Below are positions 1 through 8,750 of a stretch of 34,013 bases of DNA, one piece after another. This DNA comes from Gammaproteobacteria bacterium (GTDB taxonomy: Bacteria > Pseudomonadota > Gammaproteobacteria > Steroidobacterales > Rariloculaceae), in the NCBI GenBank assembly GCA_035249885.1, contig DATFFV010000103.1, positions 1 through 34,013 of the forward strand, in the 5' to 3' direction. Positions within the stretch are counted from its first letter, which is position 1; each line of letters opens with the position of its first letter. Both the position numbers and the translations under genes were made by a program. Under the pieces are notes generated by a model. It worked only from the letters and a program-made list of their open reading frames with translations. It was not told the DNA's origin and did no database searches.

Positions 1-84
1 GTCGAGGATTTGCTCTCTTTCTGCCAGCAGCTAGCGCAGCACGCCAAGCGCGGCTGAGCTTCGCAACGCGGTCGCCCCTCGCAC

Positions 85-1212
85 TCAATGCCGCCCGAGG
101 TGGCGCTCGAAGAACTTGACGATCACGTCGTAGCAGTCACGCGATTCCGGCACGTCCACGTTGTAAAAAAAGCCGTGGAACATGCCCTCCCAAACGTGCA
201 GATCGGCCTCGACACCCTGCTTCACGAGCAGCGCATGCGTGTGCACAGCCGAGCTGAGCTCGAAACCGCGTGTGCCGGTCACGATCAGCGTCGGCGGAAA
301 CTTCGCGAGCACCTCGGGTGAGCTCGCGGGCGCGGCCAGCGGATCGTCGAGCCTCACGCCCGCGAGGTAGCCGAGCGGCGAGCGCGTGGGTGCACCGCCC
401 GACACCCGTGCCGGAAGCAGCGGCGGAGACCGGCTTTCGCCGATCGCGGCGGTCGTGTACGCGGCATCGCCGCCGAAACCGTTCGCTGCGAGCGTCATGC
501 CGGCGCAGAGCACGCCGATCGCTCCGGGCGACGGCAACGAATGCTGCTGGAACCAGGCCACGGCCATGCCCGCGAGCATGCCGCCCGCCGAGCAACCGTA
601 GAGACCGATGTTCTCGGCGCGATAAATCTCGAGTAGCTCGCGATAGGCCGCCGCGACGTCCTCGCTGGCTGCGGGGAACTTGTGCTCCGGCCCTTGGCGA
701 TAATCGAGGCTCACGACGCGAATACGCCCGAGCGCCGCGACGGGAATCGACTCGAGCTCGGCGCACCCCGGCCAACAGCCCGAGAAGCCGCCGCCGTGGA
801 GATTGACGAGCACGCGGTCGCGATTGCGCTCGGCGATTCCGTCCTTCGGCACGTAGTCGTACGCGCGCACGCCGCCGATCGTCACCTCGCGCCGCTCGAC
901 AGCGAACACCTCGCGTTGGCGCGCGAGATAGCCCGCCAAGAGGGGCGGCACACCGCCGTCCTGCACGAGCAGCTCGGGCCGCAGCATGTTCTGCAGGTGC
1001 TCCGTGACGTATGCCTGCCCTTCGGCACTCAAGAACGCGGACATGGGCACGGCGTGCGCCGGCACGTGCACGGTGCCGTCGTCATCGATCGCGACACCGG
1101 CCGGGCGTTCGCCGCCGTCCTGCGCGGAAACCTGTCCCGCCACGACGAGCACGGCCGTCGCGTAGTGGAGCCCGAGCCGCGCGAAGCCGCGGCGCTCGAC
1201 TGCGATTCGCAT
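85..1212 (-). CDS. Secreted alpha/beta-hydrolase, family IV (hormone-sensitive-lipase-like) esterase/lipase
   Basis: ORF 85..1383(-). It has an HGGGF oxyanion motif, a GCSAGG nucleophile elbow (GxSxG) and a C-terminal ...EGMFHGFF. I place the start at ATG 1210..1212 (MRIAVERRGFARLGLHYATAVLVVAGQVSAQ, signal-peptide-like). The 57 upstream codons are Ser/Arg/Gly-rich filler. Confidence 0.8.
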   Translation of the reverse strand: MRIAVERRGFARLGLHYATAVLVVAGQVSAQDGGERPAGVAIDDDGTVHVPAHAVPMSAFLSAEGQAYVTEHLQNMLRPELLVQDGGVPPLLAGYLARQREVFAVERREVTIGGVRAYDYVPKDGIAERNRDRVLVNLHGGGFSGCWPGCAELESIPVAALGRIRVVSLDYRQGPEHKFPAASEDVAAAYRELLEIYRAENIGLYGCSAGGMLAGMAVAWFQQHSLPSPGAIGVLCAGMTLAANGFGGDAAYTTAAIGESRSPPLLPARVSGGAPTRSPLGYLAGVRLDDPLAAPASSPEVLAKFPPTLIVTGTRGFELSSAVHTHALLVKQGVEADLHVWEGMFHGFFYNVDVPESRDCYDVIVKFFERHLGRH

Positions 1213-1288
1213 ATGATCCCCCTGAGAAAAATCCCCGCTGCTCGACTCTAGCCGTTTCCGCACTCGACCGCACACGAGCGCGGCTCGG

Positions 1289-2794
1289 TCACCGTGCCCG
1301 CCGTTCGACGGAGCGGCCCTCGCCCACTCCGAGCTCGAGATGCTCGACGCGTCCGGCCCGCGAGTACTCGAGCCGGTGTGCACACGTGCGCAGGTCGACC
1401 TGTAGGCGCGCGTGCTCGCCGCCGCGCCGCCAGCGCAAGTCGAGCGAGTCGGCCGCCGACTTGGCCGCCTCGAACGTGCCTTGAAACGCCGCGTGCGTGT
1501 TGCGCAGGCGAATGAGCTCGAGCAGACGCCGGACGACCGGCCGCGCGAGCGCGCGTTCGACCTCCGCGCCCGAGTAGTAATGCCGGTTGATGTCGCGGCC
1601 GACGCGAGTTCGCGCCAGCAACTCCATGTCGTTACCGCCCGCGAGTAGACCCACGTAGTAGACCTGCGGCACGCCGGGCAGGAAGAACTGAATGGCCCGG
1701 GCGAGCAAGTACTTCCGCTCGTCGCGGCCGAGCGCGTCGAAGAACGTGCAGTTCACCTGGTAGAGGTCGAGATTCGCGGCCGCGGCCCCCGTGGCGCGCG
1801 CGGCCTCGCCGTTGCTGTTGCTGTCGATCTGCGCGACGAGCCGCGCGAGCTCGGCGTCCGACACGAGGCCGGGATTGCCGGCGCGATCGCGATCGTCGGC
1901 CGCGATGTCGATGACGCCGATGCCGTCGTGCGTATCGAGCACCGTGACGGCGTTGCGCGGCCGCACCTCGATCCACCGGTGCAACGCGCCGGCGTCACCG
2001 CTGACGAACGCGTGCAGCACGAGCGGCGGCAAGGCGAAGTCGTAGACCCAGTCGACCGCAGCCGCGATCTCGATCTGTTTCCGGTAGTGCGAGTGGACCT
2101 CGACGAGCACCTCGAGGCCGTGCCGCTTCGCGCGCTCGGCGAACGAGCGGATGAACTCGAACGTCTCGTCGAGCATGAAGCAGCTCGTGCCGCGTTTCTT
2201 GACGGCGTAGCCGACGGCATCGAGGCGAACCATCGTGACGCCGTTCGCGGCCAACGTGCCGAGAATGCTCTCGAGATACTCGACCCCGCGCGCATGGCTC
2301 ACGTCGATGTCGACCTGCTCGGCCGTGAACGTGGTCCAGAGCAAGCGCCGCGAGCCGTCGGCGAGCGACACCGACGTGAACGGCAAGCCGGGCCGCGGCC
2401 GGTAGATCGTGAGCAGCTCCTCGGCCGTCGCGCCACCCGGGAACACGCGGTCGAACGTCAGGAACATGCCGGCGTGGCGGCTGCGCGTTCCTTGCGCGAC
2501 GAAGTCGAGGAATTGCGGCGAGCGGCTCGAGACGTGGTTCACGATGACGTCGGCCATGACATCCGTGGCTCGCGCGAGCGCCGCGACGTCGCTCCACGAG
2601 CCGAGGCGCGCATCGACCTGGCCATGATCGATGGGGTCGAAGCCGGCGTCGGCGCCGTCGATGGGCTCGAAGAACGGCAGCACGTGCACGCCGCCGAAGA
2701 GGCCCGCGAACGGCCCTTCGAGCAGCTCGCGCAAGCCCGGCAGCGTGCCGCCGAGCCGGTCCGCGTACGCGACGAGCTGGACGCGATTCTTCAT
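1289..2794 (-). CDS. GH13_18 sucrose-phosphorylase-family glycoside phosphorylase (exact substrate not determinable)
   Basis: N-terminus MKNRVQLVAYADRLGG...VHVLPFF..DGADAGFDP is typical of the sucrose phosphorylase family. The nucleophile region is VRLDAVGYAVKK and the acid/base region is LVEVHSHY. The ATG overlaps the upstream MFS stop (ATGA at 2791..2794). Confidence 0.85.
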   Translation of the reverse strand: MKNRVQLVAYADRLGGTLPGLRELLEGPFAGLFGGVHVLPFFEPIDGADAGFDPIDHGQVDARLGSWSDVAALARATDVMADVIVNHVSSRSPQFLDFVAQGTRSRHAGMFLTFDRVFPGGATAEELLTIYRPRPGLPFTSVSLADGSRRLLWTTFTAEQVDIDVSHARGVEYLESILGTLAANGVTMVRLDAVGYAVKKRGTSCFMLDETFEFIRSFAERAKRHGLEVLVEVHSHYRKQIEIAAAVDWVYDFALPPLVLHAFVSGDAGALHRWIEVRPRNAVTVLDTHDGIGVIDIAADDRDRAGNPGLVSDAELARLVAQIDSNSNGEAARATGAAAANLDLYQVNCTFFDALGRDERKYLLARAIQFFLPGVPQVYYVGLLAGGNDMELLARTRVGRDINRHYYSGAEVERALARPVVRRLLELIRLRNTHAAFQGTFEAAKSAADSLDLRWRRGGEHARLQVDLRTCAHRLEYSRAGRVEHLELGVGEGRSVERRAR

Positions 2795-4047
2795 CGCGCG
2801 GGCTTGGGGTGCGCGGCCACGTCGCCGTAGTCGTCACGATCCGACGCCTCGAGGCGGCCGAGCGCGGGGCGGAACCACCAGTTGCCGAGCAGGCCCGCGA
2901 ACAGCGCGAGCGCGAAGCCCGTCGCGAGCACGAAGCCGGCGCGCGTGGTGCCGTACGCGTCGCTGACGGCGGCCATCGCGAGCGGGCCAAGCGCGGCGGC
3001 CAAGGCCGTGAAGAACAAAATGACGCCGGCCGCGGCGCCGTGCTGCGACTTCGGGAAGCAGCTGATCCCCTTCGAGTTCAGCGTCGGATACATGATCGAC
3101 ATGAAGAGGCCCGACAGCGGCAGCAGCCATCCGGCGCTGTCGACGCCGAGCACGAGCGAACCGGCGAAACACAGCAGGATCGCGAGGCCGCACACGTTCA
3201 GAGCGGCGGTCCACTCGAGCCGCGCAAGCAACCAGGCGCCGAGAAATCGGCCGATGGCGCGCAGGACGAAGAAGATTGTCAACGCGTACGCGGGCAGCCA
3301 TGCGAGCGAGCCTTGGTAGCCGAGCAGGTACGTCGGCATCCACACGTAGATCGCCACCTCGACGGCGACGTACAGAACCACGAGCGCGGAGACTCCAAGC
3401 GCGAGCGGATCCCGCATCACGACGAGCATTTGCTCGAGATTCGCTCGCTCGGTCGCGGTCGTCGTGCGCGGATATCGGACGCGGCTCGCGATCGCGACGA
3501 GGACGACGCAGATGGCCGCCGCGATGCCATAGAGCCATTTCCACGATACGCCGGCGGTCACGAGCGTGGCGACGATCGCGGGGCCGGCGATAGCGCCGAC
3601 GGCGAAAAACCCCTCGACCGTGTTCATGATGCGCGTGTGCGAAGTCGTGGACGCGGAGACGTCGCCGATCAGTGCGAGCGCGCCGGTCTTGAACACGCTG
3701 ATGCCCAAACCCGAGAGCGCGAGCAGCATGACGAACGCGCCGAAGCTGTCGCTGAGCGCAAAGATCAGCGACGCAACGCCGTAGAGCGCGAGGCCGAGCA
3801 CGATCGTGCGTTGGCGCCCGATGCGGTCCGCGAGGAAGCCGAGCAGCAGAGCGCCCGCCGCGATGCCGGCCATCGTCGCGTACTGGAACGCGGACGCCGC
3901 CGTCATGCTGAGCGCAAGCTCCTCGATGACCTCGGGGATCACGCTACCCACGGCGTCCGTGGTCATCGCGAACGTGAAGAACATGAGGCACGTGAGCCAG
4001 CGGATCAGGCGGGCGTTGCTGGCTTCGTCGAGCGCGCGAGCGGACAT
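2791..4047 (-). CDS. MFS transporter (sugar/FHS-like)
   Basis: 418 aa, highly hydrophobic with about 12 predicted TM segments. It has an MFS loop motif GFLADRIGRQRT. A GGGGGAA-type SD lies upstream of ATG 4045..4047. Confidence 0.85.
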   Translation of the reverse strand: MSARALDEASNARLIRWLTCLMFFTFAMTTDAVGSVIPEVIEELALSMTAASAFQYATMAGIAAGALLLGFLADRIGRQRTIVLGLALYGVASLIFALSDSFGAFVMLLALSGLGISVFKTGALALIGDVSASTTSHTRIMNTVEGFFAVGAIAGPAIVATLVTAGVSWKWLYGIAAAICVVLVAIASRVRYPRTTTATERANLEQMLVVMRDPLALGVSALVVLYVAVEVAIYVWMPTYLLGYQGSLAWLPAYALTIFFVLRAIGRFLGAWLLARLEWTAALNVCGLAILLCFAGSLVLGVDSAGWLLPLSGLFMSIMYPTLNSKGISCFPKSQHGAAAGVILFFTALAAALGPLAMAAVSDAYGTTRAGFVLATGFALALFAGLLGNWWFRPALGRLEASDRDDYGDVAAHPKPAR

Positions 4048-4076
4048 CGTTCCCCCGGGCGCTGGCTACACGGCGC

Positions 4077-5546
4077 TCAGGCGAAGTAGACCGTTTTTAG
4101 CTCGAAGTACGGATCAAGCCCCTCGATGCCGCCCTCGCGTCCCGTACCCGACTGCTTGAAGCCGCCGAACGGCATCGTCGGATCGACGATGAGCCCGTTG
4201 ACGGTCACGCTGCCGGAACGTACACGGCGCGCGATCGCGTAACCGCGCTCGGGATCCTGCGTGTAGACGGCGCCGTGCAAGCCGTAAACGGTGTCGTTGG
4301 CCTTCTCCACGGCGTCATCGACGTCCTTGTAGGTGATGAACGACACCACGGGCCCGAAGATCTCCTCACGCGCGATCGTCATCGACTGCTGCACGTCCGT
4401 GAACACCGTCGGCTCGACGTACCAGCCGCGGTCGAAACCCTTGGGCCGACCGCCGCCGAGCGCGAGCTTGGCGCCTTCCTCTTTCCCCTTCGCGATGTAG
4501 CCCTGCACACGCGTGAGCTGCCGCTGCATCGCGAGCGGACCCATCTGCGTCGCGGGCTCCATGGGATCGCCGACCTTGACGCCTTTGATCGCGCCGACGT
4601 ACGCGTCGAGCACTTCCTGCTTGCGCGACTCCGGCACGAGCACGCGCGTCAGCGAGAAGCAGACCTGGCCCGTGATCGGCATCGAGAACGGCACGAGGCT
4701 CGGCAGCACCTTCGAAATGTCGGCGTCCTCCATGACGAGCGCCGCCGACTTGCCGCCGAGCTCGAAGCTCGCGCGCGCAAGCCGCTCGGCCGCGACGGCC
4801 GCGATGTGCTTGCCGGCAGCCGTGCTGCCCGTGAAGCTGATCTTGTCGATGCCGGCGTGACGGATCAGATAGTCGCCGGTCTCGCGGCCCGCCGGGATCA
4901 CGTTGAACACGCCGGGCGGTAGCCCCGCGGCCTCGATGCACTCGGCGAGGATGTACGCGTCGGCCGGCGTCTCGGGCGCGGGCTTCGCTACGATCGTGCA
5001 GCCCGCGGCGAGACCCGCCGCGACCTTGTAGCAGAGCAGCACGAGCGGCGCGTTCCACGGCGTGATCGCCGCGACGACACCGACGGGCTCCTTGACGACG
5101 CGTACGCGCTCGCCGTGACCGCCGGTCCGCTCGTCGACGAGCGGGTATGACTGGATCAAGTTGCCGTAGTACTCGAAGAGCTGCCCCGGCTGGCTCGAGA
5201 GATAGCGCGTGAGGCTGATCGGCGCGCCGACTTGCGTGGTCCACGTTGTCGCGAGCTCGGGCAAGCGCGCCTTCAAGAGCTCGGCAACCTTGAGCAACGC
5301 TACCCCACGTTCTTGCGGTGTCATGCGCGGCCACGGACCGGAATCGAACGCCCGGCGCGCCGCGGCGACGGCTTTGTCGACGTCGGCCGGCGAGGCCTCG
5401 GCGAATCGCATGACGACTTGCTCGGTGACCGGCGAGATCACCTCGAGCTTGTTTTTGCCCGCGGGCTTCTCCCATTTGCCGCCGATGAAGAAGGCGTCGG
5501 GCGATTTGACCGGCAGGCCGGCCGTGGTTTGCGGTAATGCGCTCAT
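4077..5546 (-). CDS. NAD(P)+-dependent aldehyde dehydrogenase
   Basis: ALDH hallmarks are present: SFTGSTAAGK, ELGGKSA (catalytic Glu region), GQVCFSLTR (catalytic Cys), PFGGFKQSG. I chose the start at ATG 5544..5546 (MSALPQTT...), which is preceded by GGGAG. The longer ORF to 5753 adds 69 non-ALDH residues. Confidence 0.9.
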   Translation of the reverse strand: MSALPQTTAGLPVKSPDAFFIGGKWEKPAGKNKLEVISPVTEQVVMRFAEASPADVDKAVAAARRAFDSGPWPRMTPQERGVALLKVAELLKARLPELATTWTTQVGAPISLTRYLSSQPGQLFEYYGNLIQSYPLVDERTGGHGERVRVVKEPVGVVAAITPWNAPLVLLCYKVAAGLAAGCTIVAKPAPETPADAYILAECIEAAGLPPGVFNVIPAGRETGDYLIRHAGIDKISFTGSTAAGKHIAAVAAERLARASFELGGKSAALVMEDADISKVLPSLVPFSMPITGQVCFSLTRVLVPESRKQEVLDAYVGAIKGVKVGDPMEPATQMGPLAMQRQLTRVQGYIAKGKEEGAKLALGGGRPKGFDRGWYVEPTVFTDVQQSMTIAREEIFGPVVSFITYKDVDDAVEKANDTVYGLHGAVYTQDPERGYAIARRVRSGSVTVNGLIVDPTMPFGGFKQSGTGREGGIEGLDPYFELKTVYFA

Positions 5547-5658
5547 GGCGAGCTCCCTTTTTTGGTGTGGGGTTGCCTCGCACGTTACTCCGAGGCGCGG
5601 CCGCCGAAAAGCCTGTCGCGGGTCGCCAACGCCGAGGCGTCGTGCCTGAGCGTCGTCA

Positions 5659-5682
5659 GGATATTTCCGAACGGGATATTTC
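5659..5682. promoter_or_regulatory. Direct repeat GGATATTTC-N6-GGATATTTC in the divergent ALDH / hypothetical-gene intergenic region (candidate regulator site)
   Basis: Exact 9-mers at 5659..5667 and 5674..5682, 15-bp period, in an AT-richer patch of the 187-bp divergent intergenic region. Confidence 0.3.
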
Positions 5683-5733
5683 TGTAGTATCGGCGCGTCG
5701 CTCCAGTTGCGTTGAAGTGAGGGGGAGTCGGCG

Positions 5734-6081
5734 ATGAGCTGGGAGAAGAACAACAGAGCACATGCCTGCCTGTGCGTCTTCGAGAAATGGCATCACAAAA
5801 AACGCGACGTGCCGTTCGTCGCGACCGGCGAGTGGACGACGGATTTTCTGATCAAGTCGGCGGCCGGTGAATCCGCCGCCATGCGAAGCAAGAAGGCGAG
5901 AGCGCATGCCGAGTTGCTCGACGGGGCCTTCTCGGGCCTCTACCGCGCCAAGTACGAGACCAATTTCGATCGCGATACTGCGATCGAGCAGATGCTCGCG
6001 GTCCTCAAGAACAAGACCATGAAGCTCAAGGACCTCGGCGATCCCGTCGACCAGGCGTACCAATTCATTGGTGAGCTCTGA
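5734..6081 (+). CDS. Hypothetical small protein (115 aa)
   Basis: ATG 5734 is preceded by GGGGGAG 7 nt upstream. The C-terminal half (AELLDGAFSGLYRAKYETNFDRDTAIEQMLAVLKNKTMKLKDL) has a helical-protein-like composition. The stop overlaps the next ATG (TGATG at 6079..6083). No family recognised. Confidence 0.45.
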   Translation: MSWEKNNRAHACLCVFEKWHHKKRDVPFVATGEWTTDFLIKSAAGESAAMRSKKARAHAELLDGAFSGLYRAKYETNFDRDTAIEQMLAVLKNKTMKLKDLGDPVDQAYQFIGEL

Positions 6082-7238
6082 TGGCTCTTTCGCTCAGAGC
6101 TGGCCTGGTCTTAGCGCTGGCCTTCGGCGTCGTCGATGCACGCGTGCAGGATCCCGTCCACCTGTTGTTGGACGTCTTCCCGGCCGCGGACCCCTGTCCG
6201 CGTCTCGAGCCGCTGCCTGCGGAAGCCTGCCGCGAGATCCTCGATGCCGCGGTCGACTCCACGGCGGACTCGCCCGTCGATCTCGAGGCGCTCGAGACGG
6301 CGCTCGCCGACGAGCTCACGAAACCGGACTTCTTGAACTCCGCGCTCGCGAAGGCGTTCGGCGGCGAAGTACCTCTCGGGCTCGAATTCAAAGAGCTCGA
6401 CGGCGAGAACGGCGAGCCGGCGCTCGCTCTGTCCTATGCGATCGACTACGACCTCGCGAGCAAAGGCGTCACGGCCGACGGCGCCTGGAACCGTCGTTAC
6501 GCGCTCACGTTCAATGCGACCGGAACCTATACGCAAGACCCGCTCGAGAATCCGCGCGATTTCCTGGACACGAAGCTGACCGCGTCCGGCGCAAGGTCCA
6601 CTCGAATCCCCGAGCAAAGCCTCGAGTTCGGTGCGCAGCTCACCGAGGCGGCGGTTCGCAACGTCGCGTGCGAGGGGGAGACCTCTCCGGAGTGCGAGGG
6701 CGCAGCCGACGAGGTTTTCGCTCTATTCGACAGCACGATGAGCTTCCTCAAAGCCTTCCGCTATCAGGAGTTCGGCCTCGATGCCGGCCTCGAGAGCGAC
6801 CAGGAGTTCGACGCCAAACAACGGAAGTTCAGCGCCTTCTTCTTCTCGCAGTACGAGAGCTGGGGAAGCGATTCGCTACTCGATACCCTCAACGTGACGC
6901 CCGCGTTTCGCGTCGGACTCGACAGCATCTCGCCGAACAGCCTCACGCCACGGGCGCTCGCCGGCGACGACTCCTCGTACATGCGGTTCTCGGGCGAAGT
7001 ATCGCTCTGGATACCGCTTGGCGCTCGCGTGCCCCTCGCGCTGACGTTCAACTATCGGCACTTCCGCGAGATCAGCCCGTCGGATGTCGTCAAGAATGCG
7101 AACCTTGACTCGTACGACATCAGAACGCTGAGCCTCACGGGCACAAACGGCTTGTTCGTCACGTATTCCTCGGGTCGTCTCCCGCTCGACCAGCAAGGTG
7201 ACGACGTCGTCGAGCTCGGCTGGAAAACCTACTTCTGA
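6081..7238 (+). CDS. Predicted outer-membrane beta-barrel protein (unknown family)
   Basis: N-terminal signal peptide MALSLRAGLVLALAFGVVDA. Alternating-polarity stretches are rich in Y/T/S/G. The C-terminal ...VELGWKTYF ends in an aromatic residue, as in OMP sorting signals. Confidence 0.6.
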   Translation: MALSLRAGLVLALAFGVVDARVQDPVHLLLDVFPAADPCPRLEPLPAEACREILDAAVDSTADSPVDLEALETALADELTKPDFLNSALAKAFGGEVPLGLEFKELDGENGEPALALSYAIDYDLASKGVTADGAWNRRYALTFNATGTYTQDPLENPRDFLDTKLTASGARSTRIPEQSLEFGAQLTEAAVRNVACEGETSPECEGAADEVFALFDSTMSFLKAFRYQEFGLDAGLESDQEFDAKQRKFSAFFFSQYESWGSDSLLDTLNVTPAFRVGLDSISPNSLTPRALAGDDSSYMRFSGEVSLWIPLGARVPLALTFNYRHFREISPSDVVKNANLDSYDIRTLSLTGTNGLFVTYSSGRLPLDQQGDDVVELGWKTYF

Positions 7239-7310
7239 CGGTCCGCCCGGTCCTACCGATTGCCGATCTCGCGTCGGCCGGCCGCGTCCGCGGCGTGGGA
7301 CGGCGGACCG
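7239..7310 (+). terminator. Long-range GC stem immediately after the OMP stop (terminator or tupB leader structure)
   Basis: CGGTCCGCC (7239..7247) is the exact reverse complement of GGCGGACCG (7302..7310). An inner GTCC/GGAC pairing extends the stem. No T-tract follows, so it is not a canonical intrinsic terminator. Confidence 0.3.
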
Positions 7311-7328
7311 TACTGGTATCGTACGCGA

Positions 7329-8033
7329 ATGGGTGACATTGGATCGGCGTTCGCCGAGGCCGCTCGTTTGATCGTCGCGGCCGACAGAACACTGTACGGC
7401 ATCGTCCTACTGAGCCTCGAAGTGGGACTCACCGCGGTCGCTGCAGCGACCGCCATCTGCCTGCCGCTTGGCGCCGCGCTTGCGATCCGTCGTTTTCCGG
7501 GACGGCAAGTGTTGCTCGTGACCTTGAATGCGCTCATGGGCCTTCCACCCGTCGTCGTCGGGTTGCTGGTATACCTGTTGCTGTCGCGAGCGGGCCCGCT
7601 CGGCGAGCTCGGGCTTCTGTTCACGCCTTTGGCGATGGTCATCGCTCAGGCGATACTCGTGACGCCGATCATCGCCGGGCTGTCGCGCCAGGTGCTCGAG
7701 GATGCTTGGCACGAATACGAAGAACAGTTGCGCTCGCTCGGCGCGACAGCTTCGACTGCAGCGGCAACCCTGGTTTGGGACACGCGCTATTCGCTCGTCA
7801 CGGTCGTGTTGGCAGGATTCGGCCGCGCGGCCGCCGAAGTCGGCGCTGTCATGATCGTTGGCGGCAACATCGACGGCGTGACTCGTGTGATGACGACGGC
7901 GATCTCGCTCGAAACGAGCAAGGGCGACCTGCCCCTCGCTTTGGGGCTCGGCATAATCCTCGTCGCCGTGGTGTTCGTCATCAATGCGGCGGCGCAGGTC
8001 ATCAAGTCGGGGGCAATCCGCCGCTATGGATAG
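7329..8033 (+). CDS. tupB: ABC transporter permease, tungstate TupB-like
   Basis: Hydrophobic permease with about 5-6 TM segments, sitting in an operon with the ATPase and a TupA-like binding protein. Start taken at ATG 7329 (MGDIGSAF...). The ORF-track TTG at 7260 adds a non-hydrophobic Arg/Pro leader. Confidence 0.75.
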   Translation: MGDIGSAFAEAARLIVAADRTLYGIVLLSLEVGLTAVAAATAICLPLGAALAIRRFPGRQVLLVTLNALMGLPPVVVGLLVYLLLSRAGPLGELGLLFTPLAMVIAQAILVTPIIAGLSRQVLEDAWHEYEEQLRSLGATASTAAATLVWDTRYSLVTVVLAGFGRAAAEVGAVMIVGGNIDGVTRVMTTAISLETSKGDLPLALGLGIILVAVVFVINAAAQVIKSGAIRRYG

Positions 8034-8039
8034 ACCGCC

Positions 8040-8750
8040 GTGCTCCCGCTAATCCTCGAGGACGTCTCTTTCATAGTCGGCGGGCGCGCGATCATCGACC
8101 GCGTGTCGTGCGAGTTCACGCCGGGACCGCGAACGGTGATCCTAGGTCCGAACGGCTCGGGCAAGAGCGTGCTGATGCGCTTGTGCCACGGTCTCCTGAC
8201 GCCGACGTCGGGGCGCATGGCCTGGCGCGGCAGCCGCGATGAACGCCGGCCGCGCGCTCAAGCGATGGTGTTTCAGAGGCCCGTGATGCTGCGTCGCGCG
8301 GCTCTTCACAACGTGACCTACGGGCTCAAGCTCGCCGGAGTGCCGCGAGGCGAGCGTGACCGGCGCGCGCGCGAGGTTCTCGACGCCGTTGGGCTCACCC
8401 TAGCCGCGAAACATCCCGCACGCGTGCTGTCGGGCGGCGAGCAGCAGAAGCTCGCACTCGCGCGTGCGTGGGCGCTCACGCCCGAGGTGCTGTTCCTCGA
8501 CGAGCCCACGGCGAACCTCGATCCCGGCGCCTCGCGCGAGGTCGAGCGTATCGTCGAGCAGATCCACGCGAGCGGGACCAAGATCGTGATGACGACGCAT
8601 AATCTCGGCCAGGCCCGTCGACTCGCCGACGAAATCCTGTTCATCAGCGGCGGTCGCCTAACGGATCACGCGCCGGTGGAGCGCTTCTTCGCCCAGCCGT
8701 CGACGGCGGAAGCTGCCGCGTTCATCAAGGGAGAACTGCCATGGAGTTGA
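8040..8750 (+). CDS. tupC: ABC transporter ATP-binding protein, TupC-like
   Basis: Walker A GPNGSGKS, ABC signature LSGGEQQK, Walker B LFLDEP, H-loop TTHN. GTG start at 8040, 6 nt after the tupB stop. Confidence 0.85.
   Translation: MLPLILEDVSFIVGGRAIIDRVSCEFTPGPRTVILGPNGSGKSVLMRLCHGLLTPTSGRMAWRGSRDERRPRAQAMVFQRPVMLRRAALHNVTYGLKLAGVPRGERDRRAREVLDAVGLTLAAKHPARVLSGGEQQKLALARAWALTPEVLFLDEPTANLDPGASREVERIVEQIHASGTKIVMTTHNLGQARRLADEILFISGGRLTDHAPVERFFAQPSTAEAAAFIKGELPWS

Noticed and set aside
2809-4089. 426-aa plus-strand ORF antisense to the MFS transporter. The same applies to 6068..7108(+), 11142..12254(+), 1995..2990(-) and 4366..5583(-).
   Set aside because: These are charged, Arg/Glu/Asp-rich antisense or off-frame translations with no recognisable domains. 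In each case the overlapping frame has strong family signatures.
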